DNA of 64,000 nucleotides from Halobacteriovoraceae bacterium (GTDB lineage Bacteria; Bdellovibrionota; Bacteriovoracia; Bacteriovoracales; Bacteriovoracaceae): NCBI GenBank assembly GCA_963719505.1, contig CAVRCF010000001.1, positions 992,001 to 1,056,000 of the forward strand, read 5' to 3'. Shown piece by piece: positions 56,561 to 64,000 of this stretch (position 1 is its first letter; each line of letters starts with the position of its first letter). The notes under the pieces were generated by a model. It saw only the letters and a program-made list of their open reading frames with translations, ran no database searches and was not told where the DNA came from. The position numbers and the translations under genes were made by a program.

Positions 56561-56600
56561 ATTGAATTCCTTTTTTAAAATCGATCTCAGACTTTATGGA

Positions 56601-56650
56601 AAAAAAAAACCTTCAATTAATATAGTCTTAATTGAAGGTTTTATTTTTTG
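56601..56650. terminator. Long hairpin/terminator downstream of rpmF
   Basis: 15-bp perfect inverted repeat AAAACCTTCAATTAA-N7-TTAATTGAAGGTTTT (56606-56642) with A- and T-tracts. Confidence 0.8.
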
Positions 56651-56718
56651 TTTAAATAATTTGGTCTATTTGGTTGTTGTTTTTAATAAAAGTGCCAAAA
56701 AGATTTTGAACAGAATGC

Positions 56719-56931
56719 TTACGCTTCTGTTTCAGTTTCTTCTTCTTTTACTTTAATTGTAAAAACTTCTTTACCTTTGTAAGTACCACAGCTTGGACAT
56801 GCTTTGCTTGGCATAGTCATATCGCCACAGTTAGGGCAATTCATTGGGTGCTTTCTATAAAGTTTATGATGCTGACCAGCTCTTCTTAAACCTTTTCTTG
56901 ATACAGATGTTTTCTTCTTAGGAACTGCCAT
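56719..56931 (-). CDS. rpmF: 50S ribosomal protein L32 (zinc-ribbon type)
   Basis: MAVPKKKTS..RK..RR, CPNCG, CPSCG.YKG. Confidence 0.97.
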   Translation of the reverse strand: MAVPKKKTSVSRKGLRRAGQHHKLYRKHPMNCPNCGDMTMPSKACPSCGTYKGKEVFTIKVKEEETETEA

Positions 56932-57057
56932 AATATACTCCGATGTGCTTATTTTTATTATTACTAATAAGTTTTAAATATCCTTAAAAACGAGTCTAAA
57001 TATATAGGTTAAGAATCTATATATGCCAACTTCTTTTTGGACAAAAGTCTATTTTAT

Positions 57058-57609
57058 TTACTGTTTGGTCGCCGTTGACGTCTCAGTCCAACCGAGTTCT
57101 GCGTCATTATCTAGAACAGGATACTGATTATAGTTCAGATAGATCTGTTCATGGATTAAAAGCTTGATATCAGCCACTCGATTTTCGTAAAAATATAACT
57201 CTCGAACCTCTCCATCCATATAGATGTCGACCTGATCCGCTAATTCTTCATTTTTTTCATTAACAGAATCCAAGTAACAACCCTTGAATTCAACTTCCAA
57301 GGAGTCTTTCATCTCTTTTAAAGTTCTGATGCATTGAGTAAAATACTCTGTGCTGACTGAGCCTGAAAGAATTAAATATTCACCATACGTACTATTAAAT
57401 TTTTTCTCAATAGTGAGCTTAACATTCACAAAGCTGTCTTCCACATACTCTTCAGGAAGCTTGGTATCAGCGTTTTCATTGAGTTCTAAAAGAATATCTC
57501 TAATCCACGGCTGAGATTCGTCCATATCATATTGCTGAGCACTATCCATGGGAAATTTAGTAACAACTAAAGTCCCTTTTGTGTTTTTACTATCCATCAA
57601 TTGATTCAT
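57058..57609 (-). CDS. yceD: YceD/DUF177 family protein
   Basis: C.RTL motif, acidic loop, LI.EQI.L; canonical position upstream of rpmF. Confidence 0.8.
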   Translation of the reverse strand: MNQLMDSKNTKGTLVVTKFPMDSAQQYDMDESQPWIRDILLELNENADTKLPEEYVEDSFVNVKLTIEKKFNSTYGEYLILSGSVSTEYFTQCIRTLKEMKDSLEVEFKGCYLDSVNEKNEELADQVDIYMDGEVRELYFYENRVADIKLLIHEQIYLNYNQYPVLDNDAELGWTETSTATKQ

Positions 57610-57677
57610 ATACTAACCACGCTTCTTTATGTTGAGACGCGGTTATAACGCACCAGACATTAAGTGAAAAGGAAAAT

Positions 57678-58142
57678 ATGAAGTACTTCATTTGTGGCTT
57701 TATGGCCGCTGGTAAGACGACGGCTCTAAAAAGAATTTCTAATAATGAAAAATGGTTCGGATATTCCTTTGTCGATCTCGACTTTAAAATTTTTGAAAAG
57801 TATGGACAAGGACATAGAAACCTCAGTGAGTTAATTACTAAAAATGGCTTTGAGTGGTTTAGAAAAGTTGAAAAAGAAGTTCTCATTGAGATGTTGAGCC
57901 TTGAAAAGGTGTGGATAGCACTTGGGGGAGGAACTCTAGACGCTACAACAATGGAGATTCTGGACAATAAAGCTAATATTAAAGGCTATTTTTTATCCAC
58001 TCCATTTGAAGTTTGCCTAGAACGAATGCGAAAGGAGCCGGGCTCAAGACCATTGGCGAACATGTCTGATGATGAACTCAAAGAGCTGTATCACCAAAGA
58101 ATGGTTAACTATTCGAAGTTTGAGCCCCTTGTCATCTCATAA
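57678..58142 (+). CDS. aroK: Shikimate kinase
   Basis: GFMAAGKTT, DLD, FR.VE, ALGGG, RPL, R..Y. Confidence 0.92.
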   Translation: MKYFICGFMAAGKTTALKRISNNEKWFGYSFVDLDFKIFEKYGQGHRNLSELITKNGFEWFRKVEKEVLIEMLSLEKVWIALGGGTLDATTMEILDNKANIKGYFLSTPFEVCLERMRKEPGSRPLANMSDDELKELYHQRMVNYSKFEPLVIS

Positions 58143-58169
58143 ATTTGAATGTCATAATAAAGACAGAAA

Positions 58170-59612
58170 TTGATTCAAGGAATAAAAATGAAAAAACAGG
58201 TAAGCAACGAGCAAAACGATTTTCAAGTAGCTTTATTGATGGATGACATTACTGAAGCCAAAGTTATCTCCGAAGCCTTTAGAGAACTTGGCATTTATGC
58301 ACACTTTTATCAAAACCTTGATGAGTACTGGGTCGATATCAATTCACAAACGCCGAATCTTACAATCGTCGATGTAAAAAAAATGTCGGAGGGGGAACTT
58401 CTTTTTGAAAATCACCCTAAAGTTAAATCAGGAAACCTCTGTTTCGCGTTTTTCTATAAAGAAGAAACAAAAATACTTTTAAATTCAACTTACAATCTCA
58501 ATCACTTTGGTCTTATAAAAAAAGAAATTAGCATTGGTGGACAAATAATTTCTCTTTTAAGAAGAAGAAATTCAGAACTGTCTTTGATCGATCAAAATAT
58601 TGACCTCGCATCTAAACTGAATAGAGTTCAGAAAAGAACACAGGCTCTATCAGAAATAGCTCAAAAATCTCAGCAGTTTGAAAATCAAATTGAATTGATG
58701 AACCAATTTTTTACTAAAATTGGAACAGCCACAAACTCAAAAGACTTTTTAAGGAACCTGAGTTCTACTTTTAACGAGTGGGAGCACTGCTTGGCCTTTG
58801 GCGTTTATCAGTTGTCAAAGAACTCTCAAAAACTCTCTAGTATCGAAAAGAGAGGTCCAAAATTCAAAGGCCTCCCTGATCTTTGGTTGAGTTCTCCGTG
58901 TAACGAGGGCATTAAAGGATACGCTAAAGAAATGGCTGAAGACGTTTCTCGAGATTACCTTTTAAATGCAGCGAGATCTATTGAGATAAAAGGGCAATAT
59001 GTTAATGCGGATATATTAATTTTAGCGAATTTTGATGAAGCATCTTTGAATGCATTTGACTGGAGCCTTTTCTCAGAGCGACTTTCAAATCTTTACAGAA
59101 TGAGTAAAATAAATGAACTAACAATTACCAAAGATCAAAATGAAATGGATGCCTATGAAGCGATGTCGTTTTTAGATGATCTTTATTTTCACCAATCTCA
59201 GTCAAAGCACAAAGTAATCAATCTTGATCTTTCACCTCTTTTGAGTTTACTGAAAGAAAAGCACAGTAATAGGTTTTACTGGAAGTCCTTTATCCACGAT
59301 TTCAAAGAAGATCTTGTAAGAAACTTGTCAGGAGATTTTAAGTTTTCTCTTTATGGGTCTCAAAGCATTTTACTTTTTGTCGATAGAGAAAACATTGATA
59401 GAGACTTTCAAACTCTTAAACATTTTATTAACGACTTCCCTTATTTTAAATTCTTTGAAGACTCAAGCCTCATCATGAGTAATGCGGATAAACCGGAACT
59501 TCTGAGTCTTACTCCAAGCTCGACAAATTTTTTAAGACAGATGGAGACAAAGCATTTACTAAAAACAAAAGAGATAAGACCTTCTAGTGCGTCTCCGGTT
59601 TTTAATATTTAA
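58170..59612 (+). CDS. Hypothetical protein, possibly a degenerate receiver + coiled coil + GAF-like + GGDEF-like signalling protein (likely start MKKQ 58188)
   Basis: VALLMDD...PNLTIVDV receiver-like start; heptad region; SLYGSQSILLFV near the C-terminus. Confidence 0.65.
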   Translation: MIQGIKMKKQVSNEQNDFQVALLMDDITEAKVISEAFRELGIYAHFYQNLDEYWVDINSQTPNLTIVDVKKMSEGELLFENHPKVKSGNLCFAFFYKEETKILLNSTYNLNHFGLIKKEISIGGQIISLLRRRNSELSLIDQNIDLASKLNRVQKRTQALSEIAQKSQQFENQIELMNQFFTKIGTATNSKDFLRNLSSTFNEWEHCLAFGVYQLSKNSQKLSSIEKRGPKFKGLPDLWLSSPCNEGIKGYAKEMAEDVSRDYLLNAARSIEIKGQYVNADILILANFDEASLNAFDWSLFSERLSNLYRMSKINELTITKDQNEMDAYEAMSFLDDLYFHQSQSKHKVINLDLSPLLSLLKEKHSNRFYWKSFIHDFKEDLVRNLSGDFKFSLYGSQSILLFVDRENIDRDFQTLKHFINDFPYFKFFEDSSLIMSNADKPELLSLTPSSTNFLRQMETKHLLKTKEIRPSSASPVFNI

Positions 59613-60724
59613 TGCGTTTAAATTCTTCGCTTTTTATTGATCTTAAAATTCTCAACAAGAATTTTAAGAAATTAGAGAGTCTAGCACCGAACAATAAAAT
59701 TATTTTCATGGTTAAGGGAGACGCCTATGGACATGGTCTCAAGCAAATCTCTGCTCACGTTGAAAAAGAAGGTCTTTGTGAGTGTTTTGGTGTCGCTTCT
59801 TTAGGAGAGGCGATTGTACTTCGTTCTTCGGGGATCAAATCAAAAATTTATGTTTTCTCCGACGTGGAAGTTGCAAGTGAGCTTTCTACTTATGAACAGA
59901 TGGATTTAATTCCTGTATTAAGTTCACTGGAACAAGTTCACTCATTCTTAAAATTTAAAAGCTGTAAAATCCCACTCGTTTTGAAATTTAATACTGGTAT
60001 GAATAGACTTGGTCTAAACCATAGGGATATTGGTGATCTGACTTCTTTGTTAAAAGCAAATAAAATTACATCAATTTCGCATCTGATGACTCATTTTTCA
60101 AACTCATATTTTAAAATAAAAAAAAATGATAAGACTCATCGCCAGTACGAGACGTTTAAAGAGATAAAAAATTACCTGGAAAATCATTTTCTAGTGGGGG
60201 AGAGTTCAGTTTCAAACTCTGGAGCAATCGAGCAAAAGTTTGGACTTGAAGAGACTCATATAAGACCTGGATTAATGCTCTACGGTCCAGCGAGTGTTGG
60301 CGCTTATAAAAAAGAAGAGAGGCTTTGGAGTGGTGAAATTATCAGTCGACTCCAAACAAAATTAGTGAGCATTCGCGGGGTCAATAAAGGCGACCCCGTG
60401 GGTTATGGTGGTACTGTGACGCCAAACAATGGATCTATACTCACTGCGCCGATTGGCTATGCTGATGGGATTTTGACTTATTATGCCGGTTTAAAATTAA
60501 AGATTAAAAGCCATGAGATAAAAATTCATGGGCGAGTCAATATGGACCTCACTTCATTTTATAGCTCACAGAAGAGTGATCAGTTTAGCTTGGAAGATGA
60601 AATTGAATTTTGGAATCATTCACAAGATTCAATGACTGAGTTGTGTACTCAGGTTAAGACAATTCCCTATCAAATATTTACGGCCATCACAACAAGGATA
60701 CCTCGGATTTATTCTGATAAATAA
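59612..60724 (+). CDS. alr: Alanine racemase
   Basis: MVKGDAYGHG (PLP-Lys), NTGMNRLG, MTHF, RPGLMLYG, VGYGG, IGYADG, GRVNMD. Confidence 0.96.
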   Translation: MRLNSSLFIDLKILNKNFKKLESLAPNNKIIFMVKGDAYGHGLKQISAHVEKEGLCECFGVASLGEAIVLRSSGIKSKIYVFSDVEVASELSTYEQMDLIPVLSSLEQVHSFLKFKSCKIPLVLKFNTGMNRLGLNHRDIGDLTSLLKANKITSISHLMTHFSNSYFKIKKNDKTHRQYETFKEIKNYLENHFLVGESSVSNSGAIEQKFGLEETHIRPGLMLYGPASVGAYKKEERLWSGEIISRLQTKLVSIRGVNKGDPVGYGGTVTPNNGSILTAPIGYADGILTYYAGLKLKIKSHEIKIHGRVNMDLTSFYSSQKSDQFSLEDEIEFWNHSQDSMTELCTQVKTIPYQIFTAITTRIPRIYSDK

Positions 60725-60760
60725 ATTCCCAACTTCCTTTTAATTCACTATAATTTTCAA

Positions 60761-61552
60761 ATGGTTACCGTTTTAAAAAGTGGTGTTTCAAAGGTGGGAG
60801 AGACTGTTCTTAGTGTTACCCCTGCTATTGGAAGACTCACTCTCTATATTGTCTCAAGCTTGAGCTGGTTTTTTAGACCACCACTCAGAAGAAAACTCTT
60901 TTTTGAACAAATGGTTTTCATGGGAAATAAAAGTCTCTTTATTGTTTTTCTTACTTCTTCATTTTCCGGAATGGTTTTTGCCTACCAAATTTATCTTGGA
61001 TTTACAGCCTTTAGTGTCGACTCTTTTGTAGGACCCATTGTGGCGATAGCTATGTGCAAAGAACTAGCACCTGTTTTAACAGGACTTGTCGTTGCCGGTA
61101 GATGTGGAGCGGCTATGGCCGCGCAAATTGGAACGATGAAAGTGACTGAGCAAGTAGATGCCTTAGAGTGTATGGGTGTTAATAGTGTCCAATACCTTGC
61201 CGTTCCAAGAATTTTTGCAACGACAGTAACAATGCCAATGCTTTGTGGAATCTTTATGCTAGTCGCAAACTTTGGTTCGTGGATGATAGGGGTCAAGGTC
61301 CTTGGAATCGATGATGTAATGTACTTTGCAAAACTATCAGACTTTATGAACTTGTCGATGATCCTTGAAGGTCTTATCAAAGCGGCAGTCTTTGGGTTTA
61401 TCATCTCTATTATTGGAACCTATCAAGGTTTTGCCGTTAAAGGTGGAGCTGAAGGAGTTGGTAAGGGAACAAATATGGCCGTGGTCTGGGGAATGATTAT
61501 GGTTTTAATATCAGATTTCTTTTTAACAGCAATACTTGCAAAGGTCCTTTAA
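60761..61552 (+). CDS. mlaE: MlaE-family ABC permease
   Basis: ELAPVLTGLVVAGR.GAAMAA.IGTMKVTEQVDAL, VPRI, GGAEGVG. Confidence 0.95.
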   Translation: MVTVLKSGVSKVGETVLSVTPAIGRLTLYIVSSLSWFFRPPLRRKLFFEQMVFMGNKSLFIVFLTSSFSGMVFAYQIYLGFTAFSVDSFVGPIVAIAMCKELAPVLTGLVVAGRCGAAMAAQIGTMKVTEQVDALECMGVNSVQYLAVPRIFATTVTMPMLCGIFMLVANFGSWMIGVKVLGIDDVMYFAKLSDFMNLSMILEGLIKAAVFGFIISIIGTYQGFAVKGGAEGVGKGTNMAVVWGMIMVLISDFFLTAILAKVL

Positions 61553-62299
61553 ATGTCTAATGCAATTGAATTCAATCATTTAACAAAAACCTTTGGAGAC
61601 CATACAGTTCTCAATGCTCTAGACTTTAACGTCCATGAAGGAAAGATTACGACGATTTTAGGATTCTCTGGAGCAGGAAAGTCGACTCTTCTTAAACATA
61701 TTTTAGGAATTTATCATCCCACAAGTGGTCAGGTCAAAGTCTTAGGACAAGATCTAACAGAACTCAACGAGGGAGAACTTCGAGAGTTTAGAACAAACTT
61801 TGGTATGGTTTTTCAATATTCCGCTTTATTCGATTCGATGACAAATTTTGATAACGTTGCATTTCCGATGCGGGAATTTACAAAAAAGACAGAAGCTCAA
61901 ATTAAAGAAGATGTTTTATCCTTAATGAAGCAAGTTGGTTTAGATGACCACGCTTGGTATAAACTACCATCAGAAATTTCTGGAGGGATGAGAAAAAGAG
62001 TTGGGCTAGCAAGAGGCTTGGCGCTTAGTCCGAAGGTCATGCTTTATGATGAGCCAACGACTGGACTTGATCCTATTACGACTCATATGGTGGATGACCT
62101 TATTCGAACGACTCATAAAAATGGAGAGAACCTTCCTATGACGTCGGTTATTATCTCCCATGATATTGCAGCAACGTTAAGGATATCTGACTATATTGCT
62201 TTTTTAGAACTAGGACAGGTTGTTGAGCACTCGTCAGTTGAAGACTTCAAACGCTCGACTAATCCGACGATTAGAAAGTTTCTTGAACTTTCCAAATAA
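61553..62299 (+). CDS. mlaF: MlaF-family ABC ATPase
   Basis: GFSGAGKS, FQYSALFDSM, ISGGMRKRVGLAR, YDEPTTGLDPI. Confidence 0.95.
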   Translation: MSNAIEFNHLTKTFGDHTVLNALDFNVHEGKITTILGFSGAGKSTLLKHILGIYHPTSGQVKVLGQDLTELNEGELREFRTNFGMVFQYSALFDSMTNFDNVAFPMREFTKKTEAQIKEDVLSLMKQVGLDDHAWYKLPSEISGGMRKRVGLARGLALSPKVMLYDEPTTGLDPITTHMVDDLIRTTHKNGENLPMTSVIISHDIAATLRISDYIAFLELGQVVEHSSVEDFKRSTNPTIRKFLELSK

Positions 62300-62404
62300 A
62301 TGACAAGGTGAATGAGAGGAAATCATTACCTAACAAATTTAAAATTTAATTTTATCATCTTTAAGTTACAATAATTCTAACTACTTAAAATTTGAGGATA
62401 CTTT

Positions 62405-63805
62405 TTGAACGAATTAAAAGTTGGATTTTTAACATTAATGGCCATTGGCTCACTCATTGTGGTGTCTTTGCAGATCACATCCAACAAATCGGGTTTTGGA
62501 GACTATGTTCAGTACAAGACTATTCTCGAAGACGCCTCTGGTATTTACGAGAACTCCTCAATTAAAGTGGCTGGTATTGTGGCAGGTAAAATTAAAAAAG
62601 TTGAACTCAACGGATCACAAGCCCTCATAACTTTTGAAGTTCTCGACCAAATTAAAATTACTCAATTCTCCCAATTAAGAATCAAGACCGTTGGATTTCT
62701 GGGGGACAAGTACATTGATATCTTTCTTGGAAATCCTGAAGGGGAGAGGCTAAAAGCTAATAGCTTAGTTTCAGCTAAGCAAGGAGCAGGTTTTGAAGAA
62801 CTTGGAAAAGATGCTTCGGAGATACTAAAAGATGTAAAAGAGATTTCCCGTGCGATTAGAGAATCGATCTATGATAAAGACCAAAATAATATTGCAAAAG
62901 AGATGGTTGAGAATATAAGAGTTTTTACAGCCAATGCTAAAGAAGTCTCTTTATCTTTGAAAAAAATCATTAATGGAAATGAAGATAAGCTCAGTGCGAT
63001 TATAGCTGATTTGAAAAAGGTTTCATCTCAGGTGGCATTTGAAACTGACCGCTATGCCGATGGATCGTTTATGAATGATCTTGAAGGTGTTAAGCCAATT
63101 CTTGCTAACGTGGATAAAGCCGTCGCCGATCTAAAAGAAATCGTTAATGATGTTAAAGAAGGTCGCGGAACTGTAGGTAAACTTCTAAGAGATGACGAAG
63201 TTATCGATCAGGTAAATGAGACTCTCTCAGGCGTCAATAGACTCGTAAACAGAATAAATAACTATAAAACAAATCTAGCCTTATACACGGGTATCAATAG
63301 CGATAACGCAAGTCGTACTGACTTAGATATCGACTTAATCCCAAGTCCGGAGAGATTTTTTAGGTTGGGAGTTGTCTCAAGCGATTATGGTAGAACTATA
63401 ACCGATGAAACAACTACAACCACATCAACTAACGGTGGGCCAGAGACTGTAACAAACGAAAGAGAAACAGTTGATACGGCTTACAAGTTCAACGTTCAAA
63501 TTGGACGAAGAATAAATAACTTTGCCTTTAGAGTTGGTCTTTTTGAGACAACTGGAGGTGTCGCTGTAGATTGGATGACAGAATCTAACGGTTTGAGAGC
63601 AAGTTTAGAAACTTTTGATTTCGATGAAGATCTCGGGGCATTTGTAAGACTCTCTACTGAGTTTAGGATTTGGAATGTCTTCTATGCAAAGATTGCTGGG
63701 GAAGACCTAGCATCAAAAACAGACGGTCAAAGCTATACTGTAAGTGCTGGTCTAAGATTTAATGACGAAGATTTAGCAGCCCTTCTTGGATTGGCGGTTA
63801 ACTGA
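62405..63805 (+). CDS. mlaD: MlaD/MCE-family protein with long helical region and C-terminal beta-rich domain
   Basis: NELKVG TM anchor, A.GI...S.IKVAGI..G.I, GFLGDKYIDI, G.GT.GKL..D. Confidence 0.9.
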   Translation: MNELKVGFLTLMAIGSLIVVSLQITSNKSGFGDYVQYKTILEDASGIYENSSIKVAGIVAGKIKKVELNGSQALITFEVLDQIKITQFSQLRIKTVGFLGDKYIDIFLGNPEGERLKANSLVSAKQGAGFEELGKDASEILKDVKEISRAIRESIYDKDQNNIAKEMVENIRVFTANAKEVSLSLKKIINGNEDKLSAIIADLKKVSSQVAFETDRYADGSFMNDLEGVKPILANVDKAVADLKEIVNDVKEGRGTVGKLLRDDEVIDQVNETLSGVNRLVNRINNYKTNLALYTGINSDNASRTDLDIDLIPSPERFFRLGVVSSDYGRTITDETTTTTSTNGGPETVTNERETVDTAYKFNVQIGRRINNFAFRVGLFETTGGVAVDWMTESNGLRASLETFDFDEDLGAFVRLSTEFRIWNVFYAKIAGEDLASKTDGQSYTVSAGLRFNDEDLAALLGLAVN

Positions 63806-64000
63806 TGGATAAAGTTTGGCTTATAAGAACAACATCTAATCAGCTACTCGGTCCTGTTTCGATCAAAAAAATTAGAGAACTTTTAGAAAAAGGTTCTTTA
63901 AAAGCTGAAGACGAGATTAGTTGCGGAAATGGCTACTGGTTTTTTGTCAGAGAAAAAGAACTCGTTGAGAAATACATTAACAATGAAATACCCCAAGGTT
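63805..64000 (+). CDS. GYF_2 (DUF4339)-like domain protein, partial (runs off the window end)
   Basis: Not in the ORF track. ATG overlaps the mlaD TGA. Translation MDKVWLIRTTSNQLLGPVSIKKIRELLEKGSLKAEDEISCGNGYWFFVRE shows the W..R, GP.S, L...G.L...DEI, W pattern. Confidence 0.75.
   Translation, partial: MDKVWLIRTTSNQLLGPVSIKKIRELLEKGSLKAEDEISCGNGYWFFVREKELVEKYINNEIPQG

Noticed and set aside
663-62630. Numerous short antisense or alternate-frame ORFs in the ORF track (e.g. 663-971, 4531-4926, 37861-38301, 47104-47556, 52741-53136, 56562-56756, 60991-61404)
   Set aside because: They overlap well-supported genes or terminators and show no motifs or RBS; treated as shadow ORFs.
1-64000. CRISPR arrays, tRNA/rRNA genes, prophage or known defence systems
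   Set aside because: No repeat-spacer periodicity, cloverleaf or rRNA signature, phage genes or defence motifs seen; intergenic gaps are short.

Overview
AT-rich, gene-dense bacterial chromosomal segment. The gene content suggests a predatory Bdellovibrionota such as a Halobacteriovorax/Bacteriovorax relative (inference): many Sec-exported proteases and nucleases, giant Cys-rich secreted proteins, a class II HMG-CoA reductase, a GYF_2-like protein and sigma28-like promoters. Housekeeping blocks: divergent lexA/dinB, aroC, an ast-like catabolic set (aminotransferase, astA, astD, DUF1338), a fused 2-oxoacid dehydrogenase E1 broken by one in-frame TAA, nrdR-nusB, a menaquinone/isoprenoid cluster, glyA, yceD-rpmF-fabHDG-acpP-fabF (no plsX), aroK and alr-mlaEFD. 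One intact single-ORF IS66-family element (23646-25395, 8-bp target duplication) is inserted at the astA stop codon. No rRNA, tRNA or CRISPR array was seen. The strongest novelty candidate is a two-gene operon (28002-32920) behind a sigma28-type promoter. It encodes a small exported protein and a 1465-aa Sec-exported protein carrying a Fic domain (HPFGNGNGRTTR) followed by an unannotated R-STS-QxE ADP-ribosyltransferase-like domain, i.e. a candidate dual-warhead prey toxin. Other leads: four 11-bp-phased TCCGTA repeats (candidate new LexA box), an unannotated 22-aa membrane peptide with its own promoter, RBS and terminator, a possible succinylated-lysine catabolic route, and a knottin/hydrophobic-hairpin giant protein with an internal signal-peptide-like site.
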